DNA of 64,000 nt from Ignisphaera sp. (GCA_038889075.1 JAWAHS010000001.1:151667-215666); one strand, 5' to 3'; positions 49,599 through 59,218 are shown, counted from the stretch's first letter. The notes: generated by a model from the sequence alone, not told the origin. Made by a program: numbers and translations.

Positions 49599-51292
49599 GT
49601 GGTGCCTCTATGGTCTCTGCGCACTCTACTAACATTGTTGGAGATGCTATCTCAAAGATTATGGAATTCAAAGATAAGGTATTCAGTATAGAGCAGAGAG
49701 GTGGTATTGTAAGGATTAAAATTCACAGGGATATACTTCCGCATATTGTACAGAGATTAGCTATCTTAAAGGGGATATATCTGAGAACGATGATGGCATC
49801 TGATGAAAGAGGTCTAGAGGGTGTATATAGGCTATACTACGTATTTGGTGTCGATAAGGAGCATACAAATCTTGTATTTGAGGTAGCGCTTCCTCAAGAG
49901 GATCCAAAGGTACCCACAGTTGTTGATATTAATAGGGCGAGTGATTGGTATGAGCTTGAAGCACATGATATGCTTGGCGTAGAGTTTTTGAATAGAAAGC
50001 TTTACAGACTTGTATTGCCCGAGGATTGGCCCGAGAAGGTGCACCCTCTTAAGAAAGAGTATAGTGTGTCTGAACTTCTAAAGCTTTATAGACCTAAGGC
50101 AGTAGAGTATGCAAAAGAAATAGGTGCAGAGAATATTGTAACGATACCAATTGGACCATATCATCCGGCTCTCCATGAACCGGAGTTCTTTGAGCTCTAT
50201 GTTAGAGGAGAAAAAGTTATAGATGCTAGGTATATGGGATTCATGGTTCATAGAGGTATTGAGAAACTTGGGGAAAATATGAAATACGACCAGGTTCCAT
50301 TTCTTGCCGAGAGAATTTGTGGAATATGTGGATTTGTGCATTCAACATCGTATTGCCAAGCAGTTGAAAATGCTTTAGATATAGATGTACCTGAAAGAGC
50401 GCTATTCATAAGATCCATAATACTAGAGATTGAGAGAATACATAGCCATCTACTATGGGTTGGAGTTGCACTCCATCTATTGGGATATGATACAGGCTTC
50501 ATGCATTCCTGGAGGATTAGAGAAAGGGTTATGATACTTGCGGAACTTCTAACAGGTAGTAGAAAGACCTATGGAATAAATGTTGTTGGAGGTGTTAGAA
50601 GGGATATAGATAATGATAAGATTAGGAAAGCTATCGATGTTCTAAATTATGTTAGAGAGGAGTTCAAGAAACTCGTAGAGATATCCATTAATGTACCACA
50701 AGTTACTGCAAGACTTAGAGGAACAGGTGTACTACCCCTTGGAGAGGCCATTGCACTCTCTCTTGTTGGCCCAACTGCTAGAGGATCAGGACTTGATAGA
50801 GATGTTAGAAGGGACTACCCATATGCAGCCTATAAATATGTAAGCTTTAGAGTTCCAACATATAGCGAAGGTGATAACCTAGCTAGAACGCTCGTTAGAG
50901 TCGATGAAACCTTTGAAAGCATTGACATGCTGTATCAGCTACTGGACAAACTTCCTTCAGGAAGTATAAGAAATGAATCATGGTCAGTGGAACCGTATAG
51001 ACTAGGTATAGGATCTGTTGAAGCTCCTAGAGGTGAGGTCATACACGTACTCTTAACAGGAGAATACTCCCCGTACAGATGGAGAGTCAGAGCACCAACA
51101 TATCAGAATTTACCTGCCATCCCAATAATGCTTAAAGGGATAGATTTAGCAGACGCACCTCTAACAATAGCAAGTATTGATCCATGTTTCTCCTGCACCG
51201 ATAGAGCTATTGTAGTAGATGTAGATAGAAATACCGTAAAATCTATTCCTATAGAAGCTCTTTCATTAAAGGGCACTAGAGCTATAAGGTGA
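49574..51292 (+). CDS. Group 4 [NiFe]-hydrogenase large subunit, HycE-type (NuoC+NuoD fused)
   Basis: WYELE..DMLG, GPYHP, HRGIEK, L1 RICGICGFVH, L2 DPCFSC followed by TDR and a C-terminal extension; start possibly 49595. Confidence 0.95.
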   Translation: MDSGEANMSGASMVSAHSTNIVGDAISKIMEFKDKVFSIEQRGGIVRIKIHRDILPHIVQRLAILKGIYLRTMMASDERGLEGVYRLYYVFGVDKEHTNLVFEVALPQEDPKVPTVVDINRASDWYELEAHDMLGVEFLNRKLYRLVLPEDWPEKVHPLKKEYSVSELLKLYRPKAVEYAKEIGAENIVTIPIGPYHPALHEPEFFELYVRGEKVIDARYMGFMVHRGIEKLGENMKYDQVPFLAERICGICGFVHSTSYCQAVENALDIDVPERALFIRSIILEIERIHSHLLWVGVALHLLGYDTGFMHSWRIRERVMILAELLTGSRKTYGINVVGGVRRDIDNDKIRKAIDVLNYVREEFKKLVEISINVPQVTARLRGTGVLPLGEAIALSLVGPTARGSGLDRDVRRDYPYAAYKYVSFRVPTYSEGDNLARTLVRVDETFESIDMLYQLLDKLPSGSIRNESWSVEPYRLGIGSVEAPRGEVIHVLLTGEYSPYRWRVRAPTYQNLPAIPIMLKGIDLADAPLTIASIDPCFSCTDRAIVVDVDRNTVKSIPIEALSLKGTRAIR

Positions 51293-51801
51293 TCTACATG
51301 GTTAAATTTCTGAAGATAATTCCAATAGCGGTAAAAACGGGTACTGTCACCATAAAATATCCATATCAAGAACCACTAGTTACGGACTCATTTCGAGGCG
51401 CTATAGAGATTGATCCAAATAAGTGTGTAGGATGTGGTGCATGCACGCGAATATGTCCCCCTAAAGCTCTTACGTTAACAACAGAGAGCAATACAATGAT
51501 CCTAAGATATTTTGTTGGAAGATGTATATTTTGTGGTATGTGTGCCGATACATGTCCGGAGAAAGCAATTAAAATAACAAAAGAATTTGAATTAGCTACA
51601 GGCAATATATACGATCTCTATTCGGATGTAGAGCACGAGGTTAAAACATGCTCTATATGTGGCAAAACCTTTACCTCTAAGAAGCTTAGCAATAAAATTG
51701 CATCAAAGGTTCCCGATATTCCAACGGAGACCATGGATCTATGTCCTGATTGTAGAAGAAAGGAAACATTAAAGAAATTCATAGGTGTTCCGGAACAATG
51801 A
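51289..51801 (+). CDS. HycF/NuoI-like 2x[4Fe-4S] subunit
   Basis: TIKYP, FRG, CVGCGACTRICP, CIFCGMCADTCP, extra CSIC...CPDC. Confidence 0.92.
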   Translation: MIYMVKFLKIIPIAVKTGTVTIKYPYQEPLVTDSFRGAIEIDPNKCVGCGACTRICPPKALTLTTESNTMILRYFVGRCIFCGMCADTCPEKAIKITKEFELATGNIYDLYSDVEHEVKTCSICGKTFTSKKLSNKIASKVPDIPTETMDLCPDCRRKETLKKFIGVPEQ

Positions 51802-52319
51802 GTCAGTCAACCATTAAGGAATCCAGCTCTAAAAGCATAGATTTGAAGAAGGCTCTATCTAGAATTAAGAGAAGTATATGGGTTTTTCATATAAATACGG
51901 GGAGCTGTAATGGTTGTGACATAGAAATTTTAGATGTTCTAACCCCCTACTTTGATGTTGAAAGATTTGGTATAAAACTTGTGGTAAGCCCTAGACATGC
52001 TGATCTAGCACTTCTCACAGGACCTGTAACAATAAAAACGTTTTCAAAGGTCTATAGAGCTCTTAGTGCAATGCCTAGACCGAGATTTGTGCTAGCTATA
52101 GGTTCGTGTGCCGTTGGCGGCAACATATGGTTCGAATCCTACTCAACTATGGGCGGATTTCCAAAGGTTCTTGAAATGTTTAGCGAAATGGGTTTAGAGA
52201 TAGACGGTGTTGTATACGTTCCTGGCTGTCCAGCAAGACCAGAAGCTATAATATATGGAGCAGCGACGCTACTTGGCCTACAGAAACCTAAAACAGTATA
52301 TCGGAGGTTTAAGGCATGA
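51798..52319 (+). CDS. Hydrogenase small subunit HycG/NuoB-like
   Basis: GSCNGCDIE, SPRHAD, IGSCA, VPGCPARP. Confidence 0.94.
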   Translation: MSQSTIKESSSKSIDLKKALSRIKRSIWVFHINTGSCNGCDIEILDVLTPYFDVERFGIKLVVSPRHADLALLTGPVTIKTFSKVYRALSAMPRPRFVLAIGSCAVGGNIWFESYSTMGGFPKVLEMFSEMGLEIDGVVYVPGCPARPEAIIYGAATLLGLQKPKTVYRRFKA

Positions 52320-52576
52320 GGATAAGGATATCTCTATGTAGCATGTATTCCTATAGAGACCCACCTATACCTAGATCAAGGCACATCACTCCTATGATAA
52401 GCTTGTGTCATGAAGTAAGTGAAAGAATTATTGATAAACATGCATTGCCTGAAGATATTTTGGATTCCATTAATAGAGTTGGCTATGCAGATATATTTAA
52501 TGTTGAGAAAGCCAAGGTTCTTTTTGGAATTGAGCTTTCAGAAAATCAATATGTAAAGATAGTTCTCATCGAATAG
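52316..52576 (+). CDS. Hypothetical protein in the hydrogenase operon
   Basis: ATGA overlap with the small-subunit gene and abuts the next gene; no motif recognised. Confidence 0.6.
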   Translation: MRIRISLCSMYSYRDPPIPRSRHITPMISLCHEVSERIIDKHALPEDILDSINRVGYADIFNVEKAKVLFGIELSENQYVKIVLIE

Positions 52577-53599
52577 GTGAATAAATTGAAGTTTGCCTTC
52601 ATGTGTCGTGAACCAAGTAATAGAAGGGGGAATATAGCTGTTATAGGAGCGGGTCCCGCGGGACTTGCTGCAACAGGATACCTTGCCTGCCAAGGATATG
52701 AGGTGGATGTCTATGAGAAACTACCCTATGCAGGTGGTACAATGATGTTTGCTATCCCTTCATATAAAATTTCTTCAGATAGTATTATAGAGGGTGTAGA
52801 AGATTTGAGGGATAGATTTTCCGTAAAATTTTTCTTCAGGACAAAGGTATTTAGATATGGACAGAGTAGAAATGATTTTGGTGATGAATTTGTTGAAAGA
52901 GTAGTACAATTGGAGAACATTGTAGAGAAGTACAGTGCTATTCTAATATCTACAGGTACTTGGCAGCCAATTAACATTGCTGAGAATGTTAAGAATGTCA
53001 TTACAGCATTTGGATATCTATACTCCTGGCGTCTACATGAAGAGGGATTTTCATCAAACCAGATAGGTAGGGGTAGGAGGGCAGCAGTCATAGGCACGGA
53101 TATTCCAGCTGTTGAAGTGGTTAGAAAGATGATCGAACAGGGTTTTGAGGAAATCTACGTTCTATATGGTGGTAGAGCTAGTGAAACTCATATGGGCTGG
53201 TATTGGATGACGAATCTATATAAAGAGAATGTAAAGCTTATGCGGTATATAGATATCAAGAGGGTTGTGGTAGAACACGATTTCGCTAAGGCTTTAGAGT
53301 ACACAGAGTTTGACTATAAGGCATCTCAACATACCACAAAGTTAATAGAGGTTGATCTAGTTGTAGTTTCATTAGGCTCTAAACCAACACCACCAGCACT
53401 ATACAACTCTAAAGATATAGGTCTTGATGATTCTGGTAGAATAGTCGTTGATGGACAGTTTCGTACTAAAATTGAAAAGGTCTACGCCTCTGGAAGTATT
53501 GTATACGGTTTGATATATAAGCTGGGAAGAGCATTCAGGGACGGATTAAATGCAGCTAAAAATATTGATCTATACCTCTATAGAAGGAGGTATGCATAG
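52577..53599 (+). CDS. GltD-like FAD-dependent oxidoreductase (short form)
   Basis: FAFMCRE, FAD motif IGAGPAGL, ISTGTW; second Rossmann motif degenerate (IGTDIPAVE). Confidence 0.85.
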   Translation: MNKLKFAFMCREPSNRRGNIAVIGAGPAGLAATGYLACQGYEVDVYEKLPYAGGTMMFAIPSYKISSDSIIEGVEDLRDRFSVKFFFRTKVFRYGQSRNDFGDEFVERVVQLENIVEKYSAILISTGTWQPINIAENVKNVITAFGYLYSWRLHEEGFSSNQIGRGRRAAVIGTDIPAVEVVRKMIEQGFEEIYVLYGGRASETHMGWYWMTNLYKENVKLMRYIDIKRVVVEHDFAKALEYTEFDYKASQHTTKLIEVDLVVVSLGSKPTPPALYNSKDIGLDDSGRIVVDGQFRTKIEKVYASGSIVYGLIYKLGRAFRDGLNAAKNIDLYLYRRRYA

Positions 53600-54116
53600 G
53601 GTGAGTATAATGAGTGGCATAGAATCGTCAACACCGGCTACGATGAGTTTTAGAAGACTTATAGACTATGATAAATGTATAGGCTGTGGAGTTTGTGAGG
53701 AAGTATGCAGATTTCTTCACGAGAATCGACCCCTTATTCTACTCTATAGAGTTGCTGAGGACGTCGATAGGCCGATATCATGCTTCCACTGTGCTAGAGC
53801 ACCATGTATAGCGGTATGTCCAACAAATGCTTTAAGCTATGATAGCCAGGGAGCAGTCACAGTATCCATTGCTAAATGTATTGGCTGTACATCCTGTATA
53901 GCAGCATGTCCGTTTGGAATACCTGAGCTACTGCCAATAGGACACATTACTAAATGTGATCTCTGTAAAAAACTTAGGGCAGAGAATTTAGAACCTGGAT
54001 GTATAGCTACATGTCCATCAGATGCAATTCTATGGGGATCCTCCGAATCAATAACAAAGATGATGCGTAAAAAACATCTCAAGAGAATTGTGAAGGCATA
54101 TAGTCTCTACATATAA
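53550..54116 (+). CDS. Four-cluster [4Fe-4S] protein (HycB/HydN-like), paralogue of 20016-20492
   Basis: CIGCGVCEEVC, CFHCARAPCIAVCP, CIGCTSCIAACPFG, KCDLC...PGCIATCP; true start probably near 53592-53610. Confidence 0.9.
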   Translation: MQLKILIYTSIEGGMHRVSIMSGIESSTPATMSFRRLIDYDKCIGCGVCEEVCRFLHENRPLILLYRVAEDVDRPISCFHCARAPCIAVCPTNALSYDSQGAVTVSIAKCIGCTSCIAACPFGIPELLPIGHITKCDLCKKLRAENLEPGCIATCPSDAILWGSSESITKMMRKKHLKRIVKAYSLYI

Positions 54117-54190
54117 CGGGAGATCGTAATAGATATTGTTAAGTTGGCTAGTAACCCAAAATTCGATTTCAATGTATGTAATCCAGATTT

Positions 54191-54805
54191 TCAAATCCGA
54201 TTTGTATTAGGTTCAGACTCTTCCGTTTCTTCAATGCCTGTTTTGGATATTTCAAATAGTATCTTTTCATAGCCACCTGTCCTCCTACCCTTGTATCCAT
54301 ATATGGCTAAGATATTCCCCTTTACTACATCCCACTCCTCACCGCCAGAACCCATATTAACCTCTAGTATTTTTGAACCTGGAGGAAATACCCAATATAC
54401 CACATAGTTGTATTCAGGTACTTCAGACTCATAGAAATTCTCATACATATTTCTTCCCATCCTTATTGGGGCTCTAAACCTTACTGTGAAGACTATATAT
54501 GGTCTCTTCCTAGATTCTGCAAAACCTAGGTCTATCATGACCACACGTGGATATACCCTAACACCATTAACCATAACCCTTTCCTGATCTAGAAATCCTT
54601 GCATATTTGTCCAGAGTCTTGCTATCTCATCATTAAAAAGTTTTTCATCTTTCACAACAATGCTATAATACTCTAACGGATCATGGTAGTGGAATACTAA
54701 ATAGTACGCTATATAATCTATACTAACAAAGAATAGACCATGTGCATAGATCGGCCTTACCTGCTTACTCGCCTCCTCTAAAAATTTTGGGCTTACCATA
54801 ATCAA
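54191..54805 (-). CDS. Hypothetical protein (archaeal, function unknown)
   Basis: 204-aa ORF with normal codon usage, GGTG ribosome-binding site and TATA upstream. Confidence 0.75.
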   Translation of the reverse strand: MIMVSPKFLEEASKQVRPIYAHGLFFVSIDYIAYYLVFHYHDPLEYYSIVVKDEKLFNDEIARLWTNMQGFLDQERVMVNGVRVYPRVVMIDLGFAESRKRPYIVFTVRFRAPIRMGRNMYENFYESEVPEYNYVVYWVFPPGSKILEVNMGSGGEEWDVVKGNILAIYGYKGRRTGGYEKILFEISKTGIEETEESEPNTNRI

Positions 54806-55442
54806 TACACCACTGTTACTAATGGTATATAGTTCTGACCATCTTTAACCTTTTTCAACACGGTATTCATGTATAGTCTTCTAAATATATAGAGACAGAT
54901 AGCTAGTTGACATAAATAAGGTCGGTATTTTAAATAAATCTCGAAGGTCTTTAGAGGCGATTTTAGCAATCAATTCCTCACGTAAAAGTAGTGTATGATG
55001 AAGGACGCGGTGTTGCTACCAAGGTTATTGAAAATACATGCTTTAGACAAAGGGTATTACTGATATTTTAATTTTCGGTGGTCATGGCATTATAGTCTAA
55101 TCTGATTGGAGCAGATATAGCGATCTTCTCTGGATGTTTTCACTACTGTTTTACGGTTTTAGGTGTAGAGTAGAGCTATGTAACTATCTCTATAACAGTA
55201 GTATAATTAGAAAATGAATGAATGGTTAACCGATATACTTGAAGAATTAAAGTTGGCTAGAGGGGTTGGCTTATATATCATAAAATCGAAGATTAGTAAC
55301 GCTGAGGAGGAACCATCAATACTAGAGCTATCTGCACAGGTAATACCATATCCTCAAAGAATACTTGAACAATGGAGTGAGTATGCTATCAAAGAATAGC
55401 AAAAAGGTTTAGGTGTTGGGATTTAGTGCTATAATTGCCTTA

Positions 55443-55630
55443 CTCTGGGGTTCAGCTCTTGTATAGGTTTATATTGGTTGGTTTTATTGCCTCATACTTT
55501 TCCTCTGCATTCTGCTCGGGTTTTCATTGGGCTTGGGGGTATTCAGGAGCACCCCTAGACATCCACATCTTGGGTATCTCGGGGAGAGCCGCTATCTATA
55601 GCATCTCAGCGGCTCCCGAACCCCTCATCC
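55443..55630 (-). mobile_element. Probable non-autonomous IS200/IS605 (TnpB)-derived remnant
   Basis: GC-rich patch; hairpin GAGCCGCT-N14-AGCGGCTC (55586-55615); broken minus-strand reading MW...LNTPKPNENPSRMQ/EAIKPTNINLYKS* recalls TnpB C-terminal tails of thermophilic archaea (pattern recognition only). Confidence 0.45.
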
Positions 55631-55730
55631 AGCTACCTCCACACATATCGCTATATAATAGTATACCTATAGATGTTACAACCAATACCAACCAATACAA
55701 ACAGATATGAAAACCAAAACAGTTGCACAA

Positions 55731-56420
55731 GGCTACTCTTCTTAGATATCTTCTTGCTTCTTCCATATTTTCAGGACTTCCCGCTTTGTAGCAGAACCAT
55801 CAATCATAGCACTCGTATTGTTTCACCCTTTCTGCAGCCTTCCTGTACAGTTCGTGCTGGTGGTACAATAACTCTATCCCCTACAAGTTCATTATTTGGC
55901 CAGTTTGCTGGTATAGCTACCTTCTGTTTATCACTTGTTTGCATAGCAACGACCATTCTCAGAATTTCATCAATATTCCTACCTAGCTCTTGTGAATAGT
56001 AGAGTACGGGCCTGATCATACCATTAGGATCTACTATGAATACTACCCTAACTGTGTTTGCGTAGCTGACTGTGCGTGGAGCATTCCAAGCCTTAATGCC
56101 ACCTCTCCTCTAGGATCAGCTATTATTGGGAATGGTGTTTCTACATTTAGCTTCTCTTTTATCCACTCAACCCATTTTATATGACTAAATGTGTTATCAA
56201 CGCTGAGACCTAGAAGTTCAGTATCTAGCTTTTTAAAGTCTTCATGTCTCTTCGCAAAGGCTACAAAACTCTGTTGTACATACAGGTGTAGAGTCCGCTG
56301 ATGACTAAATATTACAAGCCGCCTACCTCTATAGTCATCAGGTAGGGTTCTTACTCCATGTGTTGTTTGGACGACCATCTTCGGCAACTCTCCACCTATT
56401 AATGGTATTGTGTCAGGCAT
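55731..56420 (-). pseudogene. Peroxiredoxin (Prx6/archaeal type) pseudogene
   Basis: Reconstructs to MPDTIPLIG...FSH(P)[11 protein letters not shown]...[11 protein letters not shown]...VFIVDP...[11 protein letters not shown]...YECYD*WFC...EEARRYLRR. Frameshifts near 56300, 56266, 56053 and 55840; in-frame TGA at 55800-55802. Confidence 0.9.
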
Positions 56421-56573
56421 ATCCAACCACTTATTTTAACAAATTGAATGCACCTTCTTTGGCCGCGTTACTATCGCTGTTCAGAACGAGGATTAACCGC
56501 TATAGAAACCGAGCTGTGCAGTATTATTTTAATTATTTTAGAAGATATTAATGGGAAAGTTAAGCCAGATGAA

Positions 56574-57353
56574 TTAAGATTGTAGCTCATCGTATATGGA
56601 TTTGCAGAATGATTTTGTACCGGAACCGCTTTCAGCAGGTATCTTAATCCTTTCAGCGATATTGTGCAAACCTACTTCATTTAGTATCTCTCTCAGTACT
56701 TCCTTGCCTTGAAATTTATCTGATCTTAAACAGTGTAAGGGGATTTTGTATGCTAGCTCTACAGCTTTTTCATTTAGAAGGGGTGCTACAGCATCTATGT
56801 TAATACATTTAGCTATTTCTAGCTCTGGAAATCTACCTCTACTAAGTTTCTTTATAGCATTTTTAAGCTCCTCACCAATTAGGTTGAGCATGAAGTTGTA
56901 TCCGGTGAGGATTTCATCCCCTCCAGATCCAAGATATATACAATCACAACCATCACTTTTAGCCTTAGCTAAGACGCTGTAGAATACTATATCATTTCTA
57001 ATCTCTATACACCCTCCATCACCATGCGAGTTCGTCTTCTCTAAACCTATACATTTAATGATGTCATCCCTGATTTTAAGAGCGTGGCTATAATCTATAA
57101 ATATATGGTTTAATTCGATATTGAATATTTTAGCTAGATGCTCAGCATATATCAAATCTCCCGGAACACCATTCCTGTATATGACTATGTATGCCCTTGG
57201 CTTAATACCCGCTTTCAAAGATGCTAATAGAACTGCTGATGTATCTATACCACCACTCAATGCAATGCAGTGGCATCTATGTTCTCGGACAATGTCGATG
57301 AGTACATTAAATAGTTTTTCCGCTAGGATACTACAGGGCATATTTAACTCCAT
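56574..57353 (-). CDS. Asparagine-synthase C-terminal-domain (PP-loop) protein, no glutaminase domain
   Basis: ALSGGIDTS, GSGGDEILTGY, GKEVLR, RIKIPAESGSG. Confidence 0.82.
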   Translation of the reverse strand: MELNMPCSILAEKLFNVLIDIVREHRCHCIALSGGIDTSAVLLASLKAGIKPRAYIVIYRNGVPGDLIYAEHLAKIFNIELNHIFIDYSHALKIRDDIIKCIGLEKTNSHGDGGCIEIRNDIVFYSVLAKAKSDGCDCIYLGSGGDEILTGYNFMLNLIGEELKNAIKKLSRGRFPELEIAKCINIDAVAPLLNEKAVELAYKIPLHCLRSDKFQGKEVLREILNEVGLHNIAERIKIPAESGSGTKSFCKSIYDELQS

Positions 57354-57985
57354 TACACAACCCTCAGAATACCGTAACCTTCATATTCTTCAAATCCTAT
57401 AACTCTATATTGAAGAGCTGCTATATGGAGGGGACCTTGTAGTACAAGTGTATGGTACTCCCCATTTTCACCCAAAGGGTCTATGCCTATATTTTTTACA
57501 TATCTGACAAAATTATCGATATTTTCTAGGTTCAGCACCTCTCCAACCCAATTAGAAATCCTCTTGTCACCGCCTATAATGAGAGTCCTAATACCACTCT
57601 CAATCTCCTTATAAAGAAGCTCTATTGCATCCATACCCCATAAAGGCTCATATAGTTTGGCTCCAATAGACTCAGCTACATGCTCCATGTACTTTAAATG
57701 CTCCTCGATATACACGTCACCAGCTACAATAGTATTTGTAGAGAATTTCTTGAGTATTTCAATAGTTTCGGTAAATTCCCTACCTTTGTCTAACTTAGCA
57801 ACAATAATAGGTATTCTGCATAGAAGCATCGTTTCGATACTTTTACCAAGATTTAGGATATGTGGACTAGGTCTAGGAAAATCATAGATAAGCATAAGTC
57901 CTAGATCTACTGCTCCAAACCGATACACAGCGTAGTAAGAATCTTTTCCTCCTGAGATAAACGCCACCCTCAATATGATCACCAT
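57353..57985 (-). CDS. Diphthine--ammonia ligase-like (Dph6/DUF71) PP-loop ATPase
   Basis: SGGKDS, GDV..EEH, EPLWG, DPLGENGEYHTLV. Confidence 0.85.
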   Translation of the reverse strand: MVIILRVAFISGGKDSYYAVYRFGAVDLGLMLIYDFPRPSPHILNLGKSIETMLLCRIPIIVAKLDKGREFTETIEILKKFSTNTIVAGDVYIEEHLKYMEHVAESIGAKLYEPLWGMDAIELLYKEIESGIRTLIIGGDKRISNWVGEVLNLENIDNFVRYVKNIGIDPLGENGEYHTLVLQGPLHIAALQYRVIGFEEYEGYGILRVV

Positions 57986-58089
57986 ATGGTTGCTCCAGCC
58001 ATATGTAGATTCATTAGGAGTTGCGAATAAAAGTATTCATTCAAATAGACATTGAAGAGAGTTGATATTGAAAAGAGACGAGTGTATTA

Positions 58090-58142
58090 TTTTCAAATAC
58101 CTGTCATGGTTTGAATAAATTTATATCGGTTTTCAAATACCT
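58090..58142 (+). promoter_or_regulatory. Promoter of cooT-cooC(-cdh) with a 13-bp direct repeat flanking the TATA box
   Basis: TTTTCAAATACCT at 58090-58102 and 58130-58142, around AAATTTATAT (58117-58126). Confidence 0.5.
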
Positions 58143-58160
58143 ATAACACGTGGTCTACCA

Positions 58161-58367
58161 ATGTGTGAATCTGCAATATATTTAAGGAGTATCAGTGATG
58201 AGGAGCTTTTAACTAAAGATTTCGTGCTTATGGAGTTTAAGGAGAGTAGGTATGTGTTTACTGATATAGTTTGCAATAGAGTAGTTGTGGGTAATGTTGA
58301 AGCAGGGTATATTGATTTTACAGAGCATAGAGCTGCTTTGAGAAGATCTGGAAACCGAGGTAGCTAG
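58161..58367 (+). CDS. cooT: CooT-family nickel-binding protein (copy 2)
   Basis: MCESAIYL...IDFTEHR; directly upstream of cooC. Confidence 0.8.
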   Translation: MCESAIYLRSISDEELLTKDFVLMEFKESRYVFTDIVCNRVVVGNVEAGYIDFTEHRAALRRSGNRGS

Positions 58368-58370
58368 ACT

Positions 58371-59135
58371 ATGAAGATAGCTATCGTGGGTAAGGGTGGT
58401 GTTGGTAAGACAACTGTGGCTGCTGTATTGTCTCGTTTAATTGGTAGAAGAGGATACAGTGTTATCGCCATTGATGCAGATCCTAGTCTTAATCTTGCTC
58501 AAGCTCTTGGTATACCTAGGGAGGTTGCTAGTAAAGCTCCTACGCTCTTTGATGAGGAAGAGTTCGTAAAGTCTAGGACACTCCTACCTGGAGGAGCGTA
58601 TAGATTGAATCCTAAGGTTGATGATATTGTTGAAAGATTTGGTATAAGAGGTCCTGATAACGTTGTTTTGCTTAAACTTGGCGAGGTTAAACGAGGTGGA
58701 ACAAGATGTCTCTGTCCAGAATATGCTCTTTTAAGGGCACTGCTATCACATCTTGTATTGGGTAGAAAGGAGATCGTGGTACTCGATATGGTTGCAGGGT
58801 TAGAGCCTATGAGCAGGGGTGCTGCTAAGGGAGTTGATTACATGCTATGCGTTGTCGAACCAAGTATGAAAGCTATCGATGTAGCTCTACAAACGATGAA
58901 GCTTGCAGAAGATATAGAGGTTAGGAAATTCTTCATAGTTATAAATAAGGTGCGGTGTGATAGAGATGTAGATTATGTGGAAAAGGCTGTAGGAAGGGAT
59001 AGAGTTATAGCTGTTATACCATATGATGAGAGCGTTGCTGAAGCTGATAGAAGGGGGGTATCCGTATTGGACTACAATCCAGAGGCGCCTATAGTTGTAG
59101 CCGTAGAGAATTTGAGAGTGAAACTCACCAAGTAA
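58371..59135 (+). CDS. cooC: CODH/ACS nickel-insertion ATPase
   Basis: GKGGVGKT, DADP, CLC metal motif, DMVAGLE..SRG, NKVR. Confidence 0.92.
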   Translation: MKIAIVGKGGVGKTTVAAVLSRLIGRRGYSVIAIDADPSLNLAQALGIPREVASKAPTLFDEEEFVKSRTLLPGGAYRLNPKVDDIVERFGIRGPDNVVLLKLGEVKRGGTRCLCPEYALLRALLSHLVLGRKEIVVLDMVAGLEPMSRGAAKGVDYMLCVVEPSMKAIDVALQTMKLAEDIEVRKFFIVINKVRCDRDVDYVEKAVGRDRVIAVIPYDESVAEADRRGVSVLDYNPEAPIVVAVENLRVKLTK

Positions 59136-59218
59136 GAATGTTTGCAAGGTTACTACATAAAAGTTTATTTTTGTAAATATCAGTATCTATAAATTATGAT
59201 AATATCCTTAAGTGATTT

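Noticed and set aside
42603-52319. Complex I, Fpo or Mbx/Mbs rather than a hydrogenase
   Set aside because: The large subunit has both CxxC Ni-binding motifs (CGIC, CFSC) and hyp genes are nearby
54995-55063. C/D-box sRNA (ATGATGA ... CTGA)
   Set aside because: 69-nt span with no convincing D'/C' boxes and an over-long second guide; no target can be checked here
55214-55999. Plus-strand ORFs 55214-55399, 55435-55710 and 55673-55999
   Set aside because: No recognisable motifs; the last two are antisense to the IS-like remnant and the peroxiredoxin pseudogene. The 61-aa ORF may be a gene fragment but cannot be supported.
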